Below, one piece after another: positions 1 through 9,314 of a DNA stretch of 64,000 bases (positions are counted from its first letter, which is position 1; the number at the start of each line of letters is the position of its first letter). Origin of the DNA: Ostreococcus lucimarinus (taxonomy: Eukaryota). The stretch lies in the NCBI GenBank assembly GCA_000092065.1, contig CP000586.1; one strand, given 5' to 3'. Below the pieces are notes generated by a model. That model was given only the letters and a program-made list of their open reading frames with translations. It was not told the origin of the DNA and made no database searches. A program made the translations under genes and the position numbers.

Positions 1-1652
1 GCGCCGACGACGACGCGCGATCGACGCCCGAGGCGCGCGCGCGGGAGGGTAAGGGTCGACGCGTCGGCGCAACGAACTCGAGCGCAATCGTCGTCGCGCT
101 GGGCGTCGTCGCGGCGCTCGCGTGGAGGAAAGCGCGCGCGCGCGCGGCGAAAACCGACGGCGACGACGCGAGCGATCGATCGGCGCGCGGCGCGGCGGCG
201 ACGAAGGACGGGGCGAGGAAACGGTTGTCGTTCTCGGGGTCCTCGGTCGCGAGCGCGGCGGACGCGGCGGCGACGACGGACGCGACGATCGAGAGAGACG
301 AGGGCGAGCGAGGGGAAAACGCGCGCGTGGAAACGGTTGAGAATGAAAAGGCGCGACCGGCGGCGCGAGCGGTCGAGGAGAAGACGGTGGATTCGGGGGA
401 GGTGCCCAGGCCCGCGACGCCGCCGCGCGCAACGGAGCGATCGACGAGGTCGACGCCCGGGTCGCCGGCGTCTCGACCGGCTTTGAAACTGGAGGTCGAG
501 ACCGGTGCGAGTCGAGGAGCGACGTACGTGGCGTCGCTCGGGATGGATGAGTTCACCATAGGGCGCGGTAGGATGAATGGATTCGTCGTGGAGAGCTCGG
601 AGGTTTCGACCGTGCACGCCAAGGTGAGATGGAACGGCGTGGCGTGGACGATGCGGGATCTAGGTTCGCTGAATGGCACGCGCGTGAACGGAATGACGAT
701 ATCAGAGTCAGTGCGCACGCCCGGAGGGTGGCGAAAAATCACGCACGGTGATGTCATCAAGCTGGGCGAGCGAGACTCGAGTCCGCGAGTATCCGTACAC
801 TTTTTCAGAGACGTCTCGATCGAGGCGAACGCGGCGCTGGCGTTACAAGCAGTCGTTCGCGCCGAAGGATCGAAGCCTATGAAGTCAGAGGATCGAATTC
901 TTGTGGAATGCCCTCTGCGCGGGAACCCATCCGTGGGGTTATTTTGCGTTTTCGACGGGCACGGCGGGCAAGAAGCCGCGGAGCGCGCGAGGCAGCTCTT
1001 TCCGGAGGTGCTCGCGCGACGCTTGGGAGGTAAGGTTCCCGGCGGCGAGGGCGCAAGAGAACTTTTGGAGGCAGCTTTCATAGAAAGCGACGAAACAATG
1101 GCGGTAGAGTACGAAGGGTGCACGGCAAGCGTCGTATTAGTGTGGAAGAATGAGAAAACCGGTGGGTTGATGGTGCAAGCCGCAAACGTGGGTGATTCGA
1201 GTGTTGCCCTCGGTCGAGTGCCCGTACCGAAAGGACAGCACCACGGTGCAAGATATCTCACGCCCGAACACAAAGTGCGCCATGAAGAGGAGAAGAATCG
1301 TCTCAATGAAGCCGGCGCTGATTTACCACCTGAGGCTACTCGACTTTACGGCTTGGCGTTATCTCGCGCTCTCGGCGATAAATTCCTAAAGGATCAAAAG
1401 GTCGGCCTCATCGCGCACCCGTTCGTGAGTGAAGTGCTGCACATCGAAGGTAATTCGAACGACAGCGTGCTGACGATAGCGAGCGACGGGATATGGGATG
1501 TTCTCACTCCGAAAGATGTTTACGACACCATGCACGAGGCTGACGGTTGCTTACACACGTCGTGTCAAAGTTTAATCCTCAATGCGCGCCGCCGAAGAAG
1601 CGTCGACGATATAAGTATCGTCACTGTACGCTTGAGTCTCGAATCTACTTAG
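1..1652 (+). CDS. KAPP-like protein phosphatase: TM segment + FHA domain + PP2C (5'-partial; reading frame is open to the window edge)
   Basis: Frame 0 is open from nt 3. The upstream part encodes a hydrophobic segment (..AIVVALGVVAALAW..). An FHA domain follows (LKLEVETG..FTIGRG..VHAKVRWNG..WTMRDLGSLNGTRVNG). Then a PP2C domain (LFCVFDGHGG, ASVVLVW, ANVGDSSVAL, IASDGIWDV, SIVTV). The ORF-track 'M' at 225 is a TTG. The first ATG (approx. 543) lies inside the FHA domain, so the start is upstream of the window or in an upstream exon. Confidence 0.7.
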   Translation, partial: ADDDARSTPEARAREGKGRRVGATNSSAIVVALGVVAALAWRKARARAAKTDGDDASDRSARGAAATKDGARKRLSFSGSSVASAADAAATTDATIERDEGERGENARVETVENEKARPAARAVEEKTVDSGEVPRPATPPRATERSTRSTPGSPASRPALKLEVETGASRGATYVASLGMDEFTIGRGRMNGFVVESSEVSTVHAKVRWNGVAWTMRDLGSLNGTRVNGMTISESVRTPGGWRKITHGDVIKLGERDSSPRVSVHFFRDVSIEANAALALQAVVRAEGSKPMKSEDRILVECPLRGNPSVGLFCVFDGHGGQEAAERARQLFPEVLARRLGGKVPGGEGARELLEAAFIESDETMAVEYEGCTASVVLVWKNEKTGGLMVQAANVGDSSVALGRVPVPKGQHHGARYLTPEHKVRHEEEKNRLNEAGADLPPEATRLYGLALSRALGDKFLKDQKVGLIAHPFVSEVLHIEGNSNDSVLTIASDGIWDVLTPKDVYDTMHEADGCLHTSCQSLILNARRRRSVDDISIVTVRLSLEST

Positions 1653-1686
1653 GCGTGAGTCTAGGAACTTGTATTGAAATGTTCTT

Positions 1687-2382
1687 TTACAACGAATTGT
1701 ACTTTTGCACCCCCTCTCTGAGCACGTCAATCGCCTTCGTCCAGTCATCGCTTCCGAACACACTGCTACCCGCGACGATCACGTTTGCCCCCGCTTCCGC
1801 CGCGGCATCAATCGTGCTCGCCGATAATCCACCGTCGACTTGAATCTTCAACTTTGGAAACCGCTCTCGCAACCGCTTCACCTTTTCGCAGCACTCCGGA
1901 TTGAATTTCTGTCCCCCAAAGCCCGGTTCAACAGTCATCACGAGTACCATATCGCACAAACCCTTCTCAACGCTCGAATGTACCACATCTACCGCCGTTC
2001 CTGGCTTGATGGCGATCCCAACCTCCATTCCAGCCTTTCGAACTTCCTCGCACGCGCGTTCGACGCCGGCGTCCCCGTCGCACGCCTCGGCGTGAAACGT
2101 AAACATGTTCGTCTTCGCCTTGGCCATGGGCTCGATGTAGTCCAGCGGATTCGTCACCATCAGATGCACGTCGAAGTACGCGTCCGGGACGTGCGGGCGC
2201 AGCGACGTGAGCACGGGCGCGCCGAACGTCAAGTTCGGGACAAAGTGACCATCCATGACGTCCAGGTGCAACCAGTCGGCGCCGCACGCGATAACCTTGC
2301 GCGATTCGTCCGCCATGCGGGCGAAATCGCAGCTCAGTAAACTCGGGGAGATGACGGGCGCGTTGGCGTACGGCGTTGACAT
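1687..2382 (-). CDS. RPE: ribulose-phosphate 3-epimerase
   Basis: Full-length match to RPE (SPSLLSCDFA..LHLDVMDGHFVPNLTFG..HLMV..VMTVEPGFGGQKF..VDGG). The ORF-track start at 2469 is a TTG; the first ATG is at 2382 (MSTPYANAPVISPSLL). With this start there is no obvious transit peptide. Confidence 0.85.
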   Translation of the reverse strand: MSTPYANAPVISPSLLSCDFARMADESRKVIACGADWLHLDVMDGHFVPNLTFGAPVLTSLRPHVPDAYFDVHLMVTNPLDYIEPMAKAKTNMFTFHAEACDGDAGVERACEEVRKAGMEVGIAIKPGTAVDVVHSSVEKGLCDMVLVMTVEPGFGGQKFNPECCEKVKRLRERFPKLKIQVDGGLSASTIDAAAEAGANVIVAGSSVFGSDDWTKAIDVLREGVQKYNSL

Positions 2383-2521
2383 GACGACGGCGTGAGGTTG
2401 TGACGCGCTCACGCGGAGAAGTTGGTTTAAAAGTGTCGACGCCGCGAGCGACGCCAAAAAGAATATCAATGATCGCCAGCTAGGCTAAGGAATGACGACG
2501 CTACGCGCGAATCGCACCGAC

Positions 2522-3212
2522 TCACGCGATGTCTAATCGAGATCTATCTAAAAAGTTCGGATCGCGACGGAACCGGTTTTGGAATTTATCAAACCAACGC
2601 GTGAGGATGTTCACGGGAACGACCATTCGGTCGTTCGAGCTGCCTTCGCATTGAAAGCTCTGCATGAACCGAAACAAATCCTCCGCCACGCGTTTCGCGA
2701 ATGTTTCTTTGTGTTGAACCAGCGCCGCTTCCTTTTCTAACGCCGACGCCAGCGGTTCGACGCTCACGCCGACCGCGGCGGTTGGATGCGCCCGCCCGGT
2801 GGCTTCGTCCACCGGCCAACGCAGCGTGAACACGTCGCTCGGTTTAGCGTTGGCCACGCATCCGCAGTACTCCCAAGGCGCGTCTCCGGCTTTTATGTAC
2901 ATGCACAGCGCGCTATTATCATCGAGCACTGCGTTCATCGAGCGCGAAACGCGCGCGTCGTCAGTCCGTCGTCCTCCCCGCGTCGCGCGTTCGCCTCGTC
3001 GCCCCGCCCGCGCCCGCGCCTCCGGTCGCCTCGCTCGCGAATCGCCACTCACGCCGCTGCGAAGGCATGAAAAAGCACACTTCCCGACACTCGTCGTGCG
3101 CGAATCCCGCGTTCGTGAGATCCAGCGTCCAGGACGCGCCGTTTTCGACGCAGACGAAACTCTCCGAAGCCACCACGCACGACTTCTTCGCGAACACCGC
3201 GCCGAAGAGCAT
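2522..3212 (-). CDS. Hikeshi (DUF775) nuclear import carrier, two exons: exon 1 approx. 3212..3053, intron with GTGAGT donor, exon 2 approx. 2973..2522
   Basis: The N-terminal exon (MLFGAVFAKK..WTLDLTNAGFAHDECREVCFFMP) and the C-terminal part (..ALCMYIKAGDAPWEYCGCVANAKPSDVFTL..MVVPVNILTRWFDKFQNRFRRDPNF) both align to human Hikeshi but lie in different frames. A GTGAGT donor follows codon R of FFMPSQR. An in-phase AG acceptor lies at approx. 2975/2974; an alternative in-phase AG is at approx. 2996/2995. Confidence 0.65.
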
Positions 3213-3372
3213 CGTCCTCGGCGCGCGTCGACCGTCCGCGCGCGTCGAGCGATCGACGCGCGCCGCTCACGCGCGCGCTCGAGCGATGCTCTTCGGCGAT
3301 CGACGCGCGCGCGTCGAGGAGTGACGACGCGGGCGCCGCGAGTCGTCCCGCACATCGCGACGCGTCGTCGTC

Positions 3373-4023
3373 ATGCACCGCGCCGCCGCCGCCCTGCGCG
3401 TCGTCGCGCCTCGAGTCGCGACTCGAGTCGCGCGCGACGCCCGCGCGCCGTCTCGCGCGGCGCACCGCGTCGCGCCCGCGTCGTCGAGCGCGGCGAACGC
3501 GTCGACGCGATCGTGGGAGTTTCGTCTGCTGTACGACGGCGCGTGCCCGCTGTGCGTGCGCGAGGTGGAGATGCTGCGCGCGAAAGACGGCGGGAAAGGG
3601 AACCTGGATCTGGTGGACATCGCGAGCGATGATTACGACGCGAAGGAGAACGCGGGGATCGAGTACGCGGAGGCGATGAAGACGATTCACGGGCTGGACG
3701 CGGCGAATAACGTGTACACGGGGGTGGAGGTGTTCGAAAAGGCGTACAAAGCGGTCGGATTGGGGTACGTGTACGCGTTCACCAAGGTGCCGTTTTTGCT
3801 GAACGCGGCGAACAAGGTGTACGACGTGTGGGCAAAGTATCGATTGAACGTGACGTCGAGGGGGTCGCTCGCGGAACACCTGGCGGCGCGCAAGGCGCGC
3901 ATGGATGGGAAAAATTGTGACGCGTGCGAGATTAACTTCGAGACGGACGGGAGCCAGTGTGACGATGGGACGTTGTACCTCTGCGAGACGGACGAGGAAG
4001 AGGCGAAGACTGCGTCGAAGTGA
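3373..4023 (+). CDS. DCC-family thiol-disulfide oxidoreductase (DUF393) with N-terminal targeting-like extension
   Basis: LLYDGACPLC..motif and overall DUF393 architecture. The N-terminus is R/A/S-rich. The ATG at 3373 follows an upstream stop. Confidence 0.65.
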   Translation: MHRAAAALRVVAPRVATRVARDARAPSRAAHRVAPASSSAANASTRSWEFRLLYDGACPLCVREVEMLRAKDGGKGNLDLVDIASDDYDAKENAGIEYAEAMKTIHGLDAANNVYTGVEVFEKAYKAVGLGYVYAFTKVPFLLNAANKVYDVWAKYRLNVTSRGSLAEHLAARKARMDGKNCDACEINFETDGSQCDDGTLYLCETDEEEAKTASK

Positions 4024-4138
4024 GCGGCCGGCGAGACGTCTCGTACGCTCCGACTGCTTGTCGCGCAACTACGCTGTACGAAAACGCTGTACCATGGAGA
4101 ATGATATTTGTTGTTGAATATGAATATTGATTGCTTCA

Positions 4139-5593
4139 CTATTGCGCCTGACCTGCTGCCTTGGCGGCTTCTTTCGCTCGCTTCTTTTCCGCGATTTGTT
4201 GCTCCTTGAGCAACTTCTTTTGCTGCGACTTGGACATTTGTCCACCATCTTCGCCCGTTTGCGCCTTGTCTTGCTCCTTCTTCACCGAGCCCGTATCCTC
4301 GGGCGCACCGATCGCGATTCCAGGCTTGGTGTTCGCGATTGTCGCTTCGTCCAAGGCGCCGGCGACATCGCCCATGTCGCCGAAAAGGGACGCAAAGACG
4401 CGAGGCTTCGTCGACATGAACTCGTCAATCATCGCATCCGTCACCTTTGCTCTCGCGTCTTGGTGCCCTTGGCAAATCGGCACCAACGTTTCGATAAGCT
4501 TTGCCTTAATTTCTCCACTCAACATCCTGCCGCTACTGTACTCTTCGCCGATCTCAGCCAGCGCTTGGTCGTCGTCGAGGAAGAAGTTTAGCCACTTCCA
4601 GCTAATATCCGTGTCTAAATTGCCACCAAGACGCCTGTGATCCTCCACCGTGAGCTGACCACCGCTGAAAGCGTACTTGTTCACCTTGGTTTTAATTTCC
4701 TTCGGCGTGTCCGTGACGTAAATGGCGCTCGTGGCATCCGAAGCGCTCATCTTTCCGCTCTCGCCCTTCAACGCCGGGAAGAATCGAGACTCAATCAACG
4801 CCGGCTTGTAGCCACCGATGCGCGGCGCGACGTCGCGCGTCATTCGGAAATACGGATCTTGATCGATCGCACACGGAATCAAGCACCGCAAGCTCGTCTT
4901 GCTCTCGCCGAACATGTGTGGAAAGCAATCCGGAAAGCTCGGCGCCGCTTGCGTCGGCGGAAATCCAACCTGCCCAATATTCGACTCACCCGTGAATCCG
5001 AAGATCCCTTTCACTTGATTCAGCGTCACGCATTTCGCGATCTTCATCATATTCTTATAAAACGGCGTCGACATGTACTGCACGTCTGAAAAGATGAACG
5101 TTCGCTTTGGATCGAATCCGCACGCGATGATATCCTTCGCGTTCTCCCTCGCCAACCTCCCGCACTCCTCCAGACTCAAATCCTTCCACAAAAACTTTTC
5201 ATCGTCCGTCAACTGAATCACCAACGGCACCTTGAACGCGTCTTGCAACCACTTCGTGAATTGAAACGGAATCAAGTGTCCCAAGTGCAACGACTCGCTC
5301 GACGGTCCGCGTCCCGTGTACAGATAAAACTTTTCACCCCTCTCGTACGCGTCCAGGATCAAATCCAGCTCGCGATGCGCGAAGAACATCCCTCGTCGCA
5401 GGAACGGATGCGCCTTTCGTCCCGTGACGCGCTCGACGCGCTCGATCATCTCCCGGTCGATCGTCGAGCATCCAAAGTCGCGCACGAGTTTGTCGTAATC
5501 GATGCCGCCGCCGTCTTTTCCCTCGACGTCCCACGGCGTGACGACCTGCTCCGTCGCCGTCGTCTCGCGCGCGTCGTCCTCGACGTCCGTCAT
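4139..5593 (-). CDS. WARS: tryptophan--tRNA ligase, cytoplasmic type, with Lys-rich C-terminal extension
   Basis: Near-colinear match to eukaryotic TrpRS ([32 protein letters not shown]). The start is taken at ATG 5593 (MTDVEDD..); an alternative is ATG 5656. Confidence 0.9.
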   Translation of the reverse strand: MTDVEDDARETTATEQVVTPWDVEGKDGGGIDYDKLVRDFGCSTIDREMIERVERVTGRKAHPFLRRGMFFAHRELDLILDAYERGEKFYLYTGRGPSSESLHLGHLIPFQFTKWLQDAFKVPLVIQLTDDEKFLWKDLSLEECGRLARENAKDIIACGFDPKRTFIFSDVQYMSTPFYKNMMKIAKCVTLNQVKGIFGFTGESNIGQVGFPPTQAAPSFPDCFPHMFGESKTSLRCLIPCAIDQDPYFRMTRDVAPRIGGYKPALIESRFFPALKGESGKMSASDATSAIYVTDTPKEIKTKVNKYAFSGGQLTVEDHRRLGGNLDTDISWKWLNFFLDDDQALAEIGEEYSSGRMLSGEIKAKLIETLVPICQGHQDARAKVTDAMIDEFMSTKPRVFASLFGDMGDVAGALDEATIANTKPGIAIGAPEDTGSVKKEQDKAQTGEDGGQMSKSQQKKLLKEQQIAEKKRAKEAAKAAGQAQ

Positions 5594-6080
5594 CGCGTCA
5601 CCGCTCGCGCGCCGTCGACCGCGTCGCGCTCTGTCGACCGCGCGCCGTCGTTCCATCGCGTCGTTCGCGCCGTCGGCGTCGCGCGATCGTCCCGGCACTC
5701 CGCGCCTCGGCGCCGTCGAGGCCGCGATGAAGGAGCTCGTCGGGCGCGTGGCGTCGAATAAGATGATGAAGACGGTCACCGTCGTCGTCGAGCGGTTGTT
5801 CAGGCACCCGCGGTTCAAGCGCTACGTCAGGGCGAGGAAAAAGTACGCGGCGCACGACGAGGAGAATCGATGCAACCCGGGGGATTTGGTGCGGCTGCGA
5901 CACTCGAGACCGCTGAGCAAGACGAAGCGGTGGGTCGTGGACGAGATCGTGCGAAGAGAGCGGCAGTTCGATCGGGAGGCGGTGAACGCGGCGGTGAAGG
6001 AGCGGGTGGTGGCGGAGAAGCGAGCGAGGGCGAACGCGGAGAGAGGGTTCGCGGGCGCGGCGGCGGAGAGCGAGATTTAG
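5502..6080 (+). CDS. organellar (bacterial-type) ribosomal protein S17 with R/S-rich presequence
   Basis: Core [71 protein letters not shown] matches uS17. An upstream in-frame ATG at 5502 adds a presequence-like extension. The alternative start at ATG 5727 would give no presequence. Confidence 0.7.
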   Translation: MPPPSFPSTSHGVTTCSVAVVSRASSSTSVIASPLARRRPRRALSTARRRSIASFAPSASRDRPGTPRLGAVEAAMKELVGRVASNKMMKTVTVVVERLFRHPRFKRYVRARKKYAAHDEENRCNPGDLVRLRHSRPLSKTKRWVVDEIVRRERQFDREAVNAAVKERVVAEKRARANAERGFAGAAAESEI

Positions 6081-6184
6081 CGTAAGTCGAGGTAGAGGCG
6101 CGCGCGCGATGTAATGAATGAAAGATCGATGTAGAGTGAATGATGACGCGATGCTTGCGTTACGCGCCGCTAATGGGTTTGGTG

Positions 6185-7921
6185 CTACGTCAAGTACACG
6201 ACGACGTCTTTGCGTCGCGCCATGCCGACGGGGAGGTGGGCGACGACGCGCGTGCCGTTTTCGAGAAACTCTTCGCTCTCGACGAATCCGGTTCGACGAA
6301 TTTCGCCGATTAAAGCGCCGCGTTCGTACGGTATGAGCATTTCGCATCGGCTCAACGTGCGCTTTTTGATGATTTCGACGATTTTGTCCTGGAGGGCGTC
6401 CAATCCTTCCCCCGTGAGCGTGCTGACGACGACGGCGCCGGCGTCTTCGGCGGCGATTTCGATTTCGAGACGTTCCTCTTCGTCGAGGACGTTGTCGATT
6501 TTATTCCACACCAGAAGCTGAGGGATTTCACCAGCGTCGAGTTCATCGAGAACGCTGTCCACCGTGCTCATGTGAGCCTCGGAGAGATCAGAGCTGATGT
6601 CGACGACGTGGAGAATCAACGACGACTCGAGAACTTCCTCGAGCGTCGCTCGAAACGCGGCGACGAGTTGCGTCGGGAGTTTTTGAATGAAACCGACCGT
6701 ATCCGTCATGAGCACCGTCATCCCATTCGCAAGTTCGAGGCGACGAGTCGTCGGATCGAGCGTCGCGAAGAGCTTGTCCTCCGCCAATACCTCCGCATTC
6801 GTCAATTTGTTGAGCAACGAACTTTTTCCGGCGTTTGTGTATCCAGCCAGCGAGACGATGGGCACACGCTCGGCCTTCCGTTTCTGTCTATACTGCTCGC
6901 GGTGCGTCCGCATGCTCTCGATCTTCGCGTTGAGTAACGACTTGCGCTCGCGCAACAAGCGCTTGTCGATCTCAATCTGTTTCTCCCCCATACCCTTCAC
7001 CGCCCCGCTTCCGCTCTGTCGCTCGAGATGACTCCACATCTTTGTCAGGCGCGGCATCTCGTACTCGAGCTGCGCCATCTCCACCTGCAGCTGACCTTCC
7101 GCGGTTTGCGCGCGCTGTGAAAATATATCCAGAATCAACGCCGTCCGATCGCAGATTCGCACTTTTGAACCGAGCTTACGCTCTAAATTTCGCGCTTGCT
7201 TCGGCGACAACTCGTCGTCGAAAATCACAATGTCCACCGCCGCGGCGTCTACGCGGAACCCGTTTCGCCTATCTCGACTTCTCTCCTCGTCCTCGTCTTC
7301 GTCCTCGTCATCCTCCCAAAATATCTCATCGTCTTCGTCGTCCTCGCGCTCGTCGTCGTCCTCTTCATCCGCCTCCATCGCCCGCGGCAATCCGCACATT
7401 TCGCGCAACTCGCCGATTTTCCCCGATCCCAAGTACGTCGCCGGCGCCGGCCCTCTCGCCAACCGCTGCGTCATCCGCCCCACCACCTCGCACCCCGCGG
7501 TGTTCACCAACCTCTCCAACTCATCCAGCGAGTCCTCCAGATCAAACTCTCCCGCGCTTTCGTACGATCGATTCTTCCCCGCGACGCCGACGACGACGAC
7601 GCGCTCGGGTCGCGCGTCCCACCCCCACAAATCTTCCCTCTCCCGTCCCGCGCCCACCGTCGCGTCCGTCGCGCTCGACGCGTCGATCGCCAGCGTCGTC
7701 CCTCGCGCGCCGTGTCGTCGCTCGATGATCTCCTCCCAGGACATTCCCGCGAGCGCGTCGTCGTCGTCGTCGTCGTCGTCGCCGAAAAAGCGCGCGTCGT
7801 CGCCATTCGCGCGCGCCGTCGCGTCGCGTCGCCGTCCGCGCGCGTCCCGTCGCGCCGGACGTCGACGGCGCGCTTCGGACGTCGTCGCCCGCGTCGCGCC
7901 GCGCGCGACGGCGCCGCGCAT
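6185..7921 (-). CDS. hflX: GTPase HflX with long acidic insertion
   Basis: HflX N-domain ([29 protein letters not shown]) and G domain ([21 protein letters not shown]). The ORF-track start at 8110 is a TTG; the first ATG is at 7921. There is an acidic insert [31 protein letters not shown]. Confidence 0.8.
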   Translation of the reverse strand: MRGAVARGATRATTSEARRRRPARRDARGRRRDATARANGDDARFFGDDDDDDDDALAGMSWEEIIERRHGARGTTLAIDASSATDATVGAGREREDLWGWDARPERVVVVGVAGKNRSYESAGEFDLEDSLDELERLVNTAGCEVVGRMTQRLARGPAPATYLGSGKIGELREMCGLPRAMEADEEDDDEREDDEDDEIFWEDDEDEDEDEERSRDRRNGFRVDAAAVDIVIFDDELSPKQARNLERKLGSKVRICDRTALILDIFSQRAQTAEGQLQVEMAQLEYEMPRLTKMWSHLERQSGSGAVKGMGEKQIEIDKRLLRERKSLLNAKIESMRTHREQYRQKRKAERVPIVSLAGYTNAGKSSLLNKLTNAEVLAEDKLFATLDPTTRRLELANGMTVLMTDTVGFIQKLPTQLVAAFRATLEEVLESSLILHVVDISSDLSEAHMSTVDSVLDELDAGEIPQLLVWNKIDNVLDEEERLEIEIAAEDAGAVVVSTLTGEGLDALQDKIVEIIKKRTLSRCEMLIPYERGALIGEIRRTGFVESEEFLENGTRVVAHLPVGMARRKDVVVYLT

Positions 7922-7988
7922 CCCGCGTCGCGCCGCGTCGCCGCGTCGGCGAGTGACGGGCGGCCGACGCGCCGCACGTCGACGCGCG

Positions 7989-9161
7989 ATGGACGCGCGC
8001 GACGGGACGCGCGCGGACGACGACCGAAGCGCGCCGTCGACGTCCGACGCGCCTTCTTCGCGCGCGCGGTGGTCGGGCCTCGCGCTCGCGCAGGTCTGCG
8101 CCTTCGTCAACGCCGTCTCGGCCGCGTCGTCGACCGCGCTCGAGCGCGCGGGGGCGACGATGCCGGCGTGGCAGACGACGTTCGCGTACGCGCTCGTCGG
8201 GACGTGGTACGGGGGGCGGTTTTACGCGCGCGCGCGCGATGGGAAGGCGCGCGGGCGCGACGCGCGGCGACTGGGCGCGTACGCGGCGTGCGCGTTCGCG
8301 GACGTGCAGGCGAATTACTTCGTCACGCTGGCGTTTCGGTACACGTCGATGACGAGCGTGTCGCTGTTGGACAGCGCGACGATACCGTTCGCGATGGCGC
8401 TGTCGACGGCGTTTTTGGGGGCGAGGTACGCGAGGACGCACGCGGGCGGCGCGGCGATCGCGTTCGCGGGGCTGGCGGCGTTGGTGCTCGGCGACGCGTC
8501 GGCGGAGGCGACGGGGGGAGGGACGAACAGGGCGCTCGGGGACTTTTTAGCCATCTGCGCGGCGGCGATGTACGCGACGTCGAACGTGCTGGTGGAGGCG
8601 TTTCTGCGGGACGCGGACAAGGTGGAGATTTTGGCGCACGTCGGCGTGATGGGTTTCGCGATTAGCGGCGCGCAGTGCGCGTTATTAGAGGGGATGAAGA
8701 TCACCCAGCTCAAAGCTCTGGGAGCGATGGGCGTTGGCTTCTTCGCCACCTACGCGCTGTCGCTGTTCGTCCTGTACACCTTCGCCATGGACGTCCTCGA
8801 GCGGTGCGGCGCGTCGGCGTTCAACGTGAGCATGCTCGCGAGCGACGTGTGGAGCGTCATCCTTCGACTCATTTTCTTCGAAGGCTTCGCGTCTTTCTCC
8901 GCCGTCATCGCCTTTGGATTCGCGTTTTTGCTCGTCGCCGGTGGGATATGCGTGTTCGCCTACGCGGGCGACCCTTCGATCGACCCGTCGTCGTCGTCGT
9001 CGTCGCTCGAAATCGCCCCCGACGACGACGACGTCTCGTTCGTCGCGCGCGTTCGTCGATTCTTCATCCCCGACGCCCGGGCGAGGCCGTACGCACCGAT
9101 GCCCACGGACGACGCCCGCGCGTCAAACGTCGACGTCGAGCTGACTCCGATGCGCGAATAG
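7989..9161 (+). CDS. solute carrier family 35 member F (SLC35F1/F2-like) transporter
   Basis: Multi-TM protein with SLC35F-like motifs ([34 protein letters not shown]..). The start is the ATG at 7989. The upstream part of ORF 7230.. is the antisense of the HflX acidic tract (poly-Ser) and is rejected. Confidence 0.7.
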   Translation: MDARDGTRADDDRSAPSTSDAPSSRARWSGLALAQVCAFVNAVSAASSTALERAGATMPAWQTTFAYALVGTWYGGRFYARARDGKARGRDARRLGAYAACAFADVQANYFVTLAFRYTSMTSVSLLDSATIPFAMALSTAFLGARYARTHAGGAAIAFAGLAALVLGDASAEATGGGTNRALGDFLAICAAAMYATSNVLVEAFLRDADKVEILAHVGVMGFAISGAQCALLEGMKITQLKALGAMGVGFFATYALSLFVLYTFAMDVLERCGASAFNVSMLASDVWSVILRLIFFEGFASFSAVIAFGFAFLLVAGGICVFAYAGDPSIDPSSSSSSLEIAPDDDDVSFVARVRRFFIPDARARPYAPMPTDDARASNVDVELTPMRE

Positions 9162-9314
9162 CGACGATTGTGATTGTACCGTAGACTGTTTCGACTCGAC
9201 TCGGCGCGACGCCTCGAGCCAACCGACGTCGCGAGTCATCCATCTGATCGAACGATCGTCCCGCACACCGCCGCGTTCGGCGCGCGTTCGCGCCCATCTC
9301 GCGCGTCCGCGAAG

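Noticed and set aside
2799-3632. 277-aa plus ORF spanning Hikeshi and the DCC gene upstream region
   Set aside because: Antisense to Hikeshi exons. It crosses a divergent promoter and has no homology.
7230-7988. N-terminal 250 aa of ORF 7230..9161 (poly-Ser rich)
   Set aside because: It is the reverse complement of the HflX poly-acidic insert. The transporter homology starts at ATG 7989.
8110-8110. ORF-track 'M' starts at 2469, 8110, 15237, 15320, 31808, 37482, 47646, 60841 and 61485
   Set aside because: The underlying codons are TTG/GTG/CTG, not ATG. The nearest in-frame ATG was used as the start instead.
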